DNA of 64,000 nt, from positions 128,001 through 192,000 of the forward strand of contig CAWAKC010000010.1 of the NCBI GenBank assembly GCA_963782525.1, given 5' to 3'. This stretch comes from Candidatus Bathyarchaeota archaeon. GTDB taxonomy: Archaea > Thermoproteota > Bathyarchaeia > Bathyarchaeales > Bathycorpusculaceae. Positions 29,445-39,118 of this stretch are shown one piece after another. Both the position numbers and the translations under genes were made by a program. The notes below the pieces were generated by a model that saw only the letters and a program-made list of their open reading frames with translations, searched no databases and was not told where the DNA came from. How positions within the stretch are numbered: position 1 is the first letter of the stretch; every line of letters starts with the position of its first letter.

Positions 29445-30038
29445 TTATTTTACAGAAACAAACCAGTTCTTTCTAATGTAGAATCGCCAGAGCTTATTTT
29501 TCCACTCGCCAGAATAATCTACGCCCACACGAGTTGTTTCCACTATATCTTTTTGAGGAACCATAAGTGCATCCTCAATGAACAGTGACTGAGCTGTTAG
29601 GTCTGTTTTATTTTGAGCTTTTGATATACTCATTGCCATACATAGTTTGCCTGGGCCATTTGTTAAGTTAGCAAATTTTACTTGTTGACCGCGGCGTTTT
29701 GCCATAATTTCCTCGCCCGCCACAGGTTCGAGGGCTCTAATAAGAACCGCCTCCGGTTTCCCCGACACATTGCCAGCAGTTACATTCAGGCAGTAATATA
29801 ACCCGTAAATGAAATAAACGTAGGCTCGCCCCTTTTGCCCAAACATAACTTCGTTCCTAGCTGTCCTACGACCGCCATAACTATGGGCTGCCCGATCTTC
29901 AGGTCCTCGATAAGCTTCTGTTTCAACTATCCTGCCAGCCGTTGTGCCTTCTCTTTTTTCGTGAACTAAGATTTTCCCCAAAAGCTCTTTTGCAACAGTG
30001 ATTGTTTCCCTTTCATAGAACGGTTCTTGCAGAATCAT
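29445..30038 (-). CDS. mpg: DNA-3-methyladenine glycosylase (AAG/MPG family)
   Basis: GRIVETEAY, AYVYFIYGLYYCLNV, AVLIRALEP, TNGPGKL, RVGV. Confidence 0.93.
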   Translation of the reverse strand: MILQEPFYERETITVAKELLGKILVHEKREGTTAGRIVETEAYRGPEDRAAHSYGGRRTARNEVMFGQKGRAYVYFIYGLYYCLNVTAGNVSGKPEAVLIRALEPVAGEEIMAKRRGQQVKFANLTNGPGKLCMAMSISKAQNKTDLTAQSLFIEDALMVPQKDIVETTRVGVDYSGEWKNKLWRFYIRKNWFVSVK

Positions 30039-30085
30039 AGTTGTGAGAGTAGGGCATAACCGAACAAATAAGCTTGCCTAATCTG

Positions 30086-32365
30086 TTACATCAAATTAGA
30101 AGGTTCGTTAAGTTTTAGAAGCCGCTTTAATATTATACTTGCGGCTTCCTTATCCAACGGTTTGTTTTCGTTTCCACATTTTGGCGAGTAAATACATGAG
30201 GGGCAACCGTCTTGGCACTCGCAATTATCGATTAATTGCAAAGTCTTTTCCCACAGGGCTTTAATGTTTGTGTAAAGATTTTCTGAGATTCCGATTCCTC
30301 CCTCAAAACCATCGTAGATAAAAATCGTTGCCTCCCCCGTATCCGGATGCTGCGGAGTAGAAAGCCCACCTAAATCCCACCTATCACACATCGCGAAAAT
30401 GGGTGACATCCCGATCATCGCATGCTCAACAGCGTGGATTCCGCCTGCAAAATCCAGCCCTTGCGCCTCAATTTCCTTTCTGATTGCGTCTGGAACGATA
30501 AACCACAGACCCACTGTTGAAAAAGAGAGCGGCGGAAGACTCAGCGGAGTCCTTTTGACGACTTTATCGTACGTTTTAGTAACATACGCATGGTAGATTT
30601 CAGTTATAGCTAACTCTCCAAGCCCAACCTTGACTCCGCAGTTCTTCTCTTCAAGAGATTTCTTGATAGCAACATCAACGTCCTTTAGCGCCTCGGTGTA
30701 GTAGTTGACGTTTTCCTGCCTAACTTTAGCTACCAACTGTTTTAGGTCCAGTTCCTCAGCAATGTAGGTTTCACCTTGATGAAGCAAAACTGCACCTGCA
30801 TGGGCTTCTTCATAGGCTTTGTTTAGGGTGAGCGTTTCTAGCAGCTTTCCGTTGCAGGTCACAGTAACGGTTTGGTGGGAGATGCTTTCAAGACCCACAA
30901 CCTCAGTTGTTCTAGCCGTTCCCGAATAGACCCATCCTCGAGGTGTTTTTCGGATTAGGTTTTCTTTTTCTAGGGCTTGAATACTTTGGAGCAGTTCGGG
31001 GAAGAATTGTTTATCCGCCTCCGTTATTGGCAGCTCGCTTGATGCGCACATTATGTGTCCTAAAGAGATGTATTGGTTATGAAGATCAATGATCGCTTGT
31101 TCGTGGGGTCTTCCAAAGAAGTCGTCGGGATGTTTCATGAAGTATTGGTCAAGTGGGTTTTGGAACGCAACTAAAGTGACGAGTGAATCGGAGTTAGTTC
31201 TGCCTGCTCGCCCCGCCTGCTGCCAAGTAGAAATGACGGTTCCGGGGTAGCCAGAAATAATGACTGAGTCAAGAGAGCCAATATCGATTCCCAGTTCCAA
31301 TGCATTGGTCGAAACTACCCCGATCAAGTTTTTGTTTTTTAGTCGGTTTTCTATGTCACGACGTTCCTGAGGCAAGTATCCTGCTCGATAAGCGGTTACA
31401 ATATTGGGTGACTTTGATTTTCTTGTAAGTTCTTCTTTGGTCCAGCGCGTAATTAGTTCAGCCATCTGCCTGGATGTTGTAAAACAGAGGGTTTGCAAAT
31501 TTTTTACGATGTTTAGCGTCAGGAGATCTTTGGTTTCTTGATGGGTTGACCGACGCGTCGTGTTAGTTGAGTCCAAGAATGGCGGATTCCAGAAAACAAA
31601 TGACTTTTGTCCTCTAGGAGAGCCATCCTTTGATACTACTTCAAAGTCTTTGCCGGTGAGTCTTTTTGCGTGTTCTTGGGGGTTTGCGATTGTAGCGGAG
31701 GAGAGTATGATTTGAGGGTCAGAGTGATAAAAACTGCAGACTCGCAGTAGCCGTCTTAGGAGCATGGCAACATTTGAGCCAAATACTCCGCGGTAAACGT
31801 GCGCTTCATCAATCACTATAAATTTGAGATTTTGAAAAAAGCTTCGCCATTTGTAATGCCACGGAAGATAATGGTGAAGCCCATATGGGTTGGTTAAGAT
31901 AATTCTTGAATTTTCTCGTATGCTTGCTCTTTGACGTTGAGGCGTATCTCCATCGTAAACATTCGGATCAGCCTTGATTCCTATGTCTTTTTCGAGTTCC
32001 CTTAGAACTTTCAGTTGATCATTTGTTAGGGCTTTTGTTGGGTAGAGGTATAATGCAGTTGCTTTCGGGTCTTTTGTTAAGGCTTCAAGGATTGGGATGT
32101 TGAACGCTAAGGTTTTACCCGAAGCTGTTGGTGTGGCTATAACTACATTTTTGCCTTGTCTAGCTACGTTAATGGCTTGGGCTTGGTGAGAATAGAGCTT
32201 GATATTTCGATTTAGAATGCAGGTTTCTAAATTTTTTGGCAGGGGCTTTTCTAACTCGCCAAAGCTTGCTTCTTGTGCAGGCACTTTTTCTATGTGCACA
32301 ATTTGTTTTTTGTAAGATTGCATTCGTTTTATGCTCTTGATGAATTCCTCAATCAAAGGTTCCAT
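30086..32365 (-). CDS. DEAH helicase with DUF1998 (Hrq1/SftH/MrfA family)
   Basis: TPTASGKT, DEAH, SSAT, TNALELGIDIG, QQAGRAGR; C-terminal CECQDGCPSCIYSPKC. Confidence 0.93.
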   Translation of the reverse strand: MEPLIEEFIKSIKRMQSYKKQIVHIEKVPAQEASFGELEKPLPKNLETCILNRNIKLYSHQAQAINVARQGKNVVIATPTASGKTLAFNIPILEALTKDPKATALYLYPTKALTNDQLKVLRELEKDIGIKADPNVYDGDTPQRQRASIRENSRIILTNPYGLHHYLPWHYKWRSFFQNLKFIVIDEAHVYRGVFGSNVAMLLRRLLRVCSFYHSDPQIILSSATIANPQEHAKRLTGKDFEVVSKDGSPRGQKSFVFWNPPFLDSTNTTRRSTHQETKDLLTLNIVKNLQTLCFTTSRQMAELITRWTKEELTRKSKSPNIVTAYRAGYLPQERRDIENRLKNKNLIGVVSTNALELGIDIGSLDSVIISGYPGTVISTWQQAGRAGRTNSDSLVTLVAFQNPLDQYFMKHPDDFFGRPHEQAIIDLHNQYISLGHIMCASSELPITEADKQFFPELLQSIQALEKENLIRKTPRGWVYSGTARTTEVVGLESISHQTVTVTCNGKLLETLTLNKAYEEAHAGAVLLHQGETYIAEELDLKQLVAKVRQENVNYYTEALKDVDVAIKKSLEEKNCGVKVGLGELAITEIYHAYVTKTYDKVVKRTPLSLPPLSFSTVGLWFIVPDAIRKEIEAQGLDFAGGIHAVEHAMIGMSPIFAMCDRWDLGGLSTPQHPDTGEATIFIYDGFEGGIGISENLYTNIKALWEKTLQLIDNCECQDGCPSCIYSPKCGNENKPLDKEAASIILKRLLKLNEPSNLM

Positions 32366-33585
32366 TCCTCATACAACTTGGAGAAGAGGCTTCCAAGTGT
32401 CAACAGGTCTTGTTTGTTATGTTCAACTATGGGTACTAAAGGTCCAACGTTTTTAGTTTTAAGATAAGTCTCGTAGAAGTGCGGAACCAATGCCCCCGGT
32501 ATGTTTACATCTCTTTTGATGCCGATGTATTTCTCGACAGTGTCCAGTCTGCAATCGGATAATTTGTGGCGTAAAGCGCGTCTGGTAAAATGTAGAACAT
32601 CAAAATGAGGGTTATCCAAGGGTGAGTCTAATCCATAGTAGGCTAATCTTTGTTTGATGTATGGAATGTCAAAGCTTCTACCATTAAACGTTATGAGCGA
32701 TAAATTAGGTTCAAGTTGGGAAACTAAAGACCAGATGGCGCTGGGTTCATCCCCTATGTCTCTTAGCAAAAACTGGGTCGTACAAATATGGTCTTTTTTT
32801 GGTTTTGCTATTCCCAGTAAAATGATAGGTCTTTCCGATAATCCCAGAGTTTCAATGTCTATTATGGCAAAATCTTGGTCTTGACAGAACCCCGCTAAAT
32901 AGTGAAGTAGTGGGTGGGATTTTGGAAGCCGTTGCCAAAGCCATCTCTGTATCGAGTCCACTTCTTTGTTATCGATAATTTTCATGTAGTCGCAGGCTTG
33001 TTTTTTCCAGCGTGGATGACGCTGTAAGTCTTCTATTGTTTTGTAGTCTTTGCGCTTTAGCGTCTGTTCACTTACAGGTCCTATTCCTGAGAGGACTTTT
33101 AAGTCTGAGATGATATGCTGTCGGCTTACTTGGTATGGAACTAATTTGAAGTTATTTGTGCAGGAATCTGAGATAGAGTAGCATTCGCCTTGTTCATTTG
33201 AAACTACCTCGCCGGATATGGCATCTTCAAGACTCTTGTCCTGATATTTTTTAACCAGTTCGCCCTCAAGATACAGTGCATCGTTGTATTCAGTACTCCA
33301 TATCCAACTTTCGAAAACAGGTTTTTTAAGCTCCTCCCCAGCAGTTTCAGATACTACCTCATACTCTTTTGAATCGCCCACCCTTTGCCTAAGACTCTTA
33401 GCTGCTTTATTTAGGGCGGATTTTTCTTTGAAAGAATTATCAGATTTAGTTGGCGTGGTTCCCAGATCTTGCACTTTGAAATTAGGCATCAGAAAAGAAC
33501 CACATGACAGGCAGAATTTACTTTGCACAAACTCCTTCTTAGAATAATCTTTGCCGCATTTTCTGCACAAATACGTAACTGGCAA
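32353..33585 (-). CDS. YprB/MrfB-like RNase H-fold (DEDD) exonuclease with N-terminal Zn ribbon and HhH
   Basis: IDIETLGL, TFNGRSFDIPY, HFDVL, HNKQDL; GIGP HhH; overlaps the helicase start. Confidence 0.9.
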   Translation of the reverse strand: MPVTYLCRKCGKDYSKKEFVQSKFCLSCGSFLMPNFKVQDLGTTPTKSDNSFKEKSALNKAAKSLRQRVGDSKEYEVVSETAGEELKKPVFESWIWSTEYNDALYLEGELVKKYQDKSLEDAISGEVVSNEQGECYSISDSCTNNFKLVPYQVSRQHIISDLKVLSGIGPVSEQTLKRKDYKTIEDLQRHPRWKKQACDYMKIIDNKEVDSIQRWLWQRLPKSHPLLHYLAGFCQDQDFAIIDIETLGLSERPIILLGIAKPKKDHICTTQFLLRDIGDEPSAIWSLVSQLEPNLSLITFNGRSFDIPYIKQRLAYYGLDSPLDNPHFDVLHFTRRALRHKLSDCRLDTVEKYIGIKRDVNIPGALVPHFYETYLKTKNVGPLVPIVEHNKQDLLTLGSLFSKLYEEWNL

Positions 33586-33703
33586 TTCAGGGTCATCCTA
33601 CAATCTCTGCAATGATTATAAAAGCCCTATGTTATTTGGGAAAAAAGCTTCCAAAAACACCCGTGTGCAACTTAGTGCAGATTTGTAGGTACTGGTTCAG
33701 CTC

Positions 33704-33750
33704 TGATTGTTGCAACCGGTGTGCAGAATGCAGTTGCAACAACAATTTCT
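33704..33750 (+). repeat. Dispersed repeat family A, conserved copy
   Basis: TTGTTGCAAC-N16-GTTGCAACAA inverted repeat; near-identical to 674-720 (reverse) and 42720-42751. Confidence 0.85.
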
Positions 33751-33848
33751 ACCGCACCTGGAGTCTCAAAAAAATACCTCGGCGCTACTTTTTGATAATG
33801 AATTTTGGGTTCATAAAGTTTTAAAGTCAAATTTGTCAAGATTGGATT

Positions 33849-33913
33849 GGGTTCAGAGGGAATGCATTTGATGGTTCGCCATCACACTTTGCATCTCCAT
33901 TAACTCTGGACCC
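33849..33913. other. Extended intergenic stem-loop (possible structured RNA)
   Basis: 33849-58 pairs with 33904-13, 33859-66 with 33890-98, and 33869-74 with 33879-84 around a TTCG loop. Confidence 0.5.
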
Positions 33914-33979
33914 GCCTTCCATTTTACAAATTTTCAATTAGTATAGACTTAAAGGTAAAATTGGCGTAGATTGTGTTAG

Positions 33980-34177
33980 GTGAAGAATATGTCTTCAGAA
34001 GTGGAAAAAACAGAGTTAATAGCAGCTTCGCATGCTTTGGAAGAATTTGTCAAAATACTTGTAAATGAATATCCGTTAATATTCAAAGATGGGGTATGCG
34101 TCATAAAAGTTGGCCCTTCAATTAATAAACAATTTTTCCCCTACGAAGCTTCCCTAGACATAAAGAAACAGAAATAG
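33980..34177 (+). CDS. Small hypothetical protein
   Basis: 65-aa ORF; AGGTGA SD precedes the internal ATG; converges on the next gene. Confidence 0.5.
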   Translation: MKNMSSEVEKTELIAASHALEEFVKILVNEYPLIFKDGVCVIKVGPSINKQFFPYEASLDIKKQK

Positions 34178-34180
34178 ATG

Positions 34181-35503
34181 CTATTTTGAATTGTTTTTAT
34201 TTTTTGCTTTCTTGAATTTTAAACCTATTACGCTAATTGAGATGGCGATTAGAAGGCTTGCTCCAAGCGTATAAACCAGCAAGGAATTGTATGGTTGAAG
34301 GCTTAGGGTTTGAGTGGGTTGTGTGGTTGCGTTCTGGCTTAACGTTGGCATCGGTGTTGCTATTGGTATAAGTCTTGTGTCGTTCCAGTAAACCACCATT
34401 TTGTATCCTAAAGATTCGGGAGGATGCAAAATATTAGGGTAAATAATATCTAGATTTTTGCCAAATATTTGGAAGAGCGAAGCCATACTCATACTCACTG
34501 CCAGAGTCAGTGAGTCGTTGCTCCATAATCCCCAGATTCTATCTTCTGTTGGAGAGCGAAAACCATATGCATAATCTTGGGGCAGCACATACGCTGACCT
34601 GTCAGATACTGGACTTGTAGATCGAGGGTGACTTTTGGTGTATTGCCAGAATTGTTGCATCGCGGTTAATTGGTCCGGTTGAAGGATGTCTCGTGTCCAG
34701 TTTGGATCGCTGTCAAAAATTACTATGTATTTTGCTCCATTCTCATAGGCAAACACCATATCCTTATAGAGATCCGGACCCGACTCCAAATATGGAAAAT
34801 CAGAAGATGAATGAGTTATCATAACCCCCCAATCTTTGCCTTGAGCTGTAGCTGCACCTCTGCAGAGGTCGATGTTTAGTTCTCGACTGTAGTTTTGGGC
34901 AAACTCTGCAAAAACTGTGTCGTAACCACCCAAATAATCATACCAGTAAAGCGAATAATCTGAAGTAAACAATTGATAGTTTGATGTTCCGAAACTTTGA
35001 GCCATTGATCGGGGGCCATCCTTTAGCCACCAACTTAGAAGACTAACATATTCGTTTGATGCATCACTGTAATTGTATGCTTTTGTAACTAACGGGTAAT
35101 TTGATTGGTCAAGTTGTTTTCCGCCTGGTTCATCATAGAAATAAATCCCCAAAAAACTGCTTCCCCATTTCTGTGCATCACTAAGCCACGTTTTCGAGGG
35201 ATATCTTGTGTCATCAGTATAAACTATGAAAGTCAAACCCTTATGGTAAGCATATTGGCTTATGATAGTAAGCCTTGTTTCATTGTAGTTTCCAGTACAT
35301 CCAATTACCAAGAAATTAGTAAACGAACTAAGATTATCGATCACCTGCTCAGTGTCAGCAACACTCTCAAAAGCAACATCCACACCCACATAAACGCTTG
35401 AAGAAGTCTGAGCGTTAACCCCTTTGGCTGTTAGACTATAGTTTATGAAAAGAGGTAGAATAATAACAAGAATAAGAAGAAATGTTAGATGCTTGAATTT
35501 CAT
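34181..35503 (-). CDS. Secreted, C-terminally anchored glycoside-hydrolase-like (TIM barrel) protein
   Basis: Signal peptide, LGIYFYDEPGG motif, P/T linker, C-terminal TM plus basic tail. The GH-like call is inference. Confidence 0.65.
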   Translation of the reverse strand: MKFKHLTFLLILVIILPLFINYSLTAKGVNAQTSSSVYVGVDVAFESVADTEQVIDNLSSFTNFLVIGCTGNYNETRLTIISQYAYHKGLTFIVYTDDTRYPSKTWLSDAQKWGSSFLGIYFYDEPGGKQLDQSNYPLVTKAYNYSDASNEYVSLLSWWLKDGPRSMAQSFGTSNYQLFTSDYSLYWYDYLGGYDTVFAEFAQNYSRELNIDLCRGAATAQGKDWGVMITHSSSDFPYLESGPDLYKDMVFAYENGAKYIVIFDSDPNWTRDILQPDQLTAMQQFWQYTKSHPRSTSPVSDRSAYVLPQDYAYGFRSPTEDRIWGLWSNDSLTLAVSMSMASLFQIFGKNLDIIYPNILHPPESLGYKMVVYWNDTRLIPIATPMPTLSQNATTQPTQTLSLQPYNSLLVYTLGASLLIAISISVIGLKFKKAKNKNNSK

Positions 35504-35729
35504 TAATCTAAAATTAGAAGCTATGCCTTAATACCCCTTTCCCAAATATGCCCGATTAATTAGAAAAGATGATTCGAGCAGATTCTTGAGAATAGTTTGA
35601 AGTAAATTGGAGCATTGATCCTTGTTGTAGTTGAAATGACTCTATATTGCCAAAACATCTACAAGACAGTAATACTGTCAAAGAAGATATCCTTTTATTT
35701 TCTCAAAACTAACCTACTTTGGTGAAATT

Positions 35730-36038
35730 ATGTCTTCGAATCCACTTGACGCTTACAAAGATTTTGATCCAAAACTCATAGAACAATATGAAAAACTGCA
35801 AGGTTTAACTTATTCTGAAGGAGCATTATCCGTTAAGTTCAAACTACTCATTGCTTTAGCAATAGATGTGGAACATGGAGCCTTACAGGGAGCAATCGCT
35901 ATTGGGCATAGAGCCCTCAAAATGGGTGCAACAAAAGAAGAAATCATCAAAGCCCTCAGAATATCTTACCAGATCGAGGGAAATAGAGCTCTCTTCACGT
36001 CTGCACAAGTCTTGCAAGCCTTGTTCAAACAGAAATAA
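35730..36038 (+). CDS. Carboxymuconolactone decarboxylase/AhpD-family protein (no CxxC)
   Basis: GALSVKFKLLIALA...ALKMGATKEEI pattern. Confidence 0.85.
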   Translation: MSSNPLDAYKDFDPKLIEQYEKLQGLTYSEGALSVKFKLLIALAIDVEHGALQGAIAIGHRALKMGATKEEIIKALRISYQIEGNRALFTSAQVLQALFKQK

Positions 36039-36083
36039 GCTTTTTTGGTTATTCTCTGTTTTGTCTTTGTTCTTAAGCCCATA

Positions 36084-36796
36084 TCAATTAGGTGATGTAT
36101 TAGCCGTTACGCTTTGTTTCTTTTTGTTCTCGGCTGCTGCCCTGATATCGTTTATTCTTTGTTCAATTGTTGGGTAGAGTTTGGGTAGGACCCGTTCTAT
36201 GCGTGTATTTCTTTGGGGCCGCAGGTTGTTTAGCTTGATCATAGCTGTTATCATTGGTTCGCCGTTTAGGTATTTTACTGAGCTGAGGTCGCATTCTGTC
36301 TCTTGGTTTCGGAGCCATTTTGCGTTAGCGAATAAAGCGGCAACTAAACCAAAAAAACCGAAGAATAAGGTTGCAAGCAAACTGGACACGACTTTTCCTA
36401 AACTGCCGACAAGTGGCATGGCATTTATTGCTGTAAAGTTGAAAAACACAATGAAACCCATCAGAACTCCAATTGTCGCTGAAGGAACGGTTAATCGAAA
36501 GAACTTTTTTGTTCCATGTCTTTTTTTTAGGTGCGTTAACTCATGCGCTGCAACAGCTAGCACCTCATCAGGTAATAGCGTATTGAAATAGTTGGTATCA
36601 AAGAAGATTCTGTCTAAGAAAGCCATACCGCTACCCGCAACCTCGCCTTGTAATACCGATCTAACTTGGTTTTTTTCAAAACTCTGGATACATGCATTGT
36701 CTCTGCTATGTTGTCAAGGGATTCAGATGGAAAAGGACTTGCTTTTAGTAACCGCGCAAGAAATGAATTGATGATTCCCATGGTGTTTCTCTTCAC
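36084..36796 (-). pseudogene. M48/HtpX-like Zn metalloprotease, frameshifted near 36620
   Basis: EVLAVAAHELTH, two TMs, ETECD, YPTIEQRI; the N-terminus lies in overlapping ORF 36614-36796. Confidence 0.7.
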
Positions 36797-36819
36797 TTTA
36801 TTGACTATTATGGCTTCTT

Positions 36820-36981
36820 TTACATACTTGCGATTTTCATGATTATTTCTCGGTAGGCCTTGTCGTTGAAGTCTCTTTCACAAGCTACCAGAACAAGTCT
36901 GCTCTCCGTTCCCTTACACTGATAAATCGTAAAGTATTTGTCATCTTTGATTTCTTCCCCACATAAACCGCACTTCTTCAA
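36820..36981 (-). CDS. Small hypothetical protein with CxxC
   Basis: Hand translation MKKCGLCGEEIKDDKYFTIYQCKGTESRLVLVACERDFNDKAYREIIMKIASM*; GAGGGG SD. Confidence 0.5.
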   Translation of the reverse strand: MKKCGLCGEEIKDDKYFTIYQCKGTESRLVLVACERDFNDKAYREIIMKIASM

Positions 36982-37018
36982 TTCTACCCCTCAATGCTCT
37001 TTTCTTTGCTAAAGGAAT

Positions 37019-37858
37019 TTAAGACTTTGTTGCTTCTGAGAGTAGGTTTCTCTCTTTGAAGAACTCTAAGGCTTCTTTCTTGTCTTTATGTTCAAAATCT
37101 TCGTAGAGAATCTCTATGAGGTCTTCGAGGGCAATCCATCTTATTGCTAAAACATTATCTCTAATAGTTGAGAGGGTTCTCCACTCAATGTCTTCCCGTA
37201 TCTTCTCTGGGTTGGTATATTCGCTGATTTTGTAGTAGTAGAGTCTGCTTTTCTTTTCGAAGAATCCGCGAGGAGTTGATAGAATAACTAGAACTTCTTT
37301 TCCATTATGTTCGTTGACTTCTAATCCGACATCTATGAGTCTTGCCAGCTGGTTTCTGGAAGGGTTAAATGCGGTATCATATACGATGTCTGAGGTGAAC
37401 TTGATTTCAAAGAAGATTAGCAACTTATCAGTTTCAATGAATGCGTCGACATGAGTGTTTGACTCCAACGGTTGATTTAACCTATGTGCGTTGGCTTTGT
37501 CTCTGATGTATTTTACAGGATGATTTTTCACTTCATCTTTTATCCATTTGAGGTATCCTTTTGGTGATTTGTATTGCTTTTCCAATGCGATATCTACGAC
37601 GTTTTCTTCGTATGCGCTTACTTTTGCTAAGGATAGGATTCTGTTGACTAAACCTACTCTGTTCAAGCTTAACACTAAGGGCGCAAAGGTGTAGAAGGTT
37701 ATGAGTTCTTCTGCTTTGTCGTATTGGTTTGGGTAAGCCGCCAAGTTTGTAGCTGTTCTTGCCGAGTTTGAGTTATCAACCCATGTATTTAGTTTATTTA
37801 AGCGGTCGTTTGATGGATCGAAACAAGTCTGGATGGCTTCTTTAAAGAGTAATCGCAT
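37019..37858 (-). CDS. PD-(D/E)xK restriction-endonuclease-fold protein
   Basis: THVDAFIETDKLLIFFEIKFTSD...RNQLAR gives D...ExK...Q motifs. Confidence 0.7.
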   Translation of the reverse strand: MRLLFKEAIQTCFDPSNDRLNKLNTWVDNSNSARTATNLAAYPNQYDKAEELITFYTFAPLVLSLNRVGLVNRILSLAKVSAYEENVVDIALEKQYKSPKGYLKWIKDEVKNHPVKYIRDKANAHRLNQPLESNTHVDAFIETDKLLIFFEIKFTSDIVYDTAFNPSRNQLARLIDVGLEVNEHNGKEVLVILSTPRGFFEKKSRLYYYKISEYTNPEKIREDIEWRTLSTIRDNVLAIRWIALEDLIEILYEDFEHKDKKEALEFFKERNLLSEATKS

Positions 37859-38295
37859 AGAAACCTATTAGTGGATACTAGTATTTCTTTTTTAGCAGAA
37901 CCCCAGAAGCCTAAACTAACAAACAACCAAAACAACTGTAAGAAGAAGTGCAAATAAAATCAGACTGCACTGCTAACCTTGTCTTTATATGAGGGTGTCA
38001 AAGCAATGACTTTGCTTATGTGCTGGTTAGACGATATCGAAGATTCGGCATTGCAAAATAGAGTTAGTCCACAGGTAGTCTCGGCATTAACACGCTCAGT
38101 TGCTGTAAGCAGTATTTCGCCCATCAACTCCTTAGTGTCAAGAGCTTGTTTTGTTTCGTTAGCGTTGCGTTTACTTAACTTCTAGCGCCTCTACCACCAC
38201 TGAAGGTTGATAAAAATTCTTTGTTTTTCTATTACTTTAGTCTCATTTCAAAAAAAGGGATAGTTGGTTTAAAAGCCAACATTGTAGTGGTTTGT

Positions 38296-38841
38296 TTAGC
38301 TGGTTGCGAAAAGTGAATCGGGGAGAGTGGGGTTCGGGCAGATATCATAGATTAGGATAGTTCCGGTACTTGAGGTGTACGTATAGGTCAAGTCACTGCC
38401 ATTCCAGTTGTCGGCTAGGTGAGTTACGTAGTCGTTGAATGGTGTAACCACCATTGAATAATCAGTAGGCCAATCATCCAAAGTCCATGTTGCACCATTA
38501 TCAAAACTGCTGTAGGCTTTTTGGGCACCTGTATCGACAATGTAGGTGTAGTTACCGGCTGAACCGCCCGGGATGTCCATCCTTACGACAAGAGTTGAAG
38601 TATTAAGGTTTTTAGCTGAAAACATGTAAGTTACTGTTCCCGCACTACCAGTTTCGTTAACATTGATCTGTAGAGTACTTGCGCCCACGACTGTTGGAAC
38701 AGAAGTTGGGGCAGGTGTAGGCGTAGCGTTTGTTCCGCCGCCTCCATTATTATTCATTAATATGTATGCAGCAGCGCCAGCAATGATAATAACAACGACT
38801 AAAACCGCTACAATAATGTATATTGTCTTTTTGTTCATCAA
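38296..38841 (-). CDS. Membrane-anchored secreted hypothetical protein
   Basis: N-terminal TM, G/P/T linker, C-terminal NPTLPDSLF; followed by hairpin GTTGGTTT/AAAGCCAAC. Confidence 0.75.
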   Translation of the reverse strand: MMNKKTIYIIVAVLVVVIIIAGAAAYILMNNNGGGGTNATPTPAPTSVPTVVGASTLQINVNETGSAGTVTYMFSAKNLNTSTLVVRMDIPGGSAGNYTYIVDTGAQKAYSSFDNGATWTLDDWPTDYSMVVTPFNDYVTHLADNWNGSDLTYTYTSSTGTILIYDICPNPTLPDSLFATS

Positions 38842-38980
38842 AAATCACCGAGTTTTCCTAGTTTCAGGTTAATTGGAAATCCATATAAACTTTTCCCATG
38901 AGCCCTAAGAAGCCAGGACAACCTGCACAGATTAATTACTGCTCGATTGAGCTTTTGCTGATTTCGCCTCTTTTTCTAAA

Positions 38981-39032
38981 AGATGCAACAGTTGATGTAC
39001 AAAATTCGTTTGTATCAGTAGCAGCAACTTCT
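38981..39032 (+). repeat. Dispersed repeat family A, diverged copy
   Basis: GATGCAACAGTTGATGTACAAAATTCGTTTGTATCAGTAGCAGCAACTTCT shares its 3' end with 42755-42772. Confidence 0.6.
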
Positions 39033-39118
39033 CTATCTCCCCCAGTGGATTCCGCTTCTTTTGTCATTGGGCAAATTATTAATGCAACTTGCCCGTTAAC
39101 TGGCATTCAGGATAAGCC

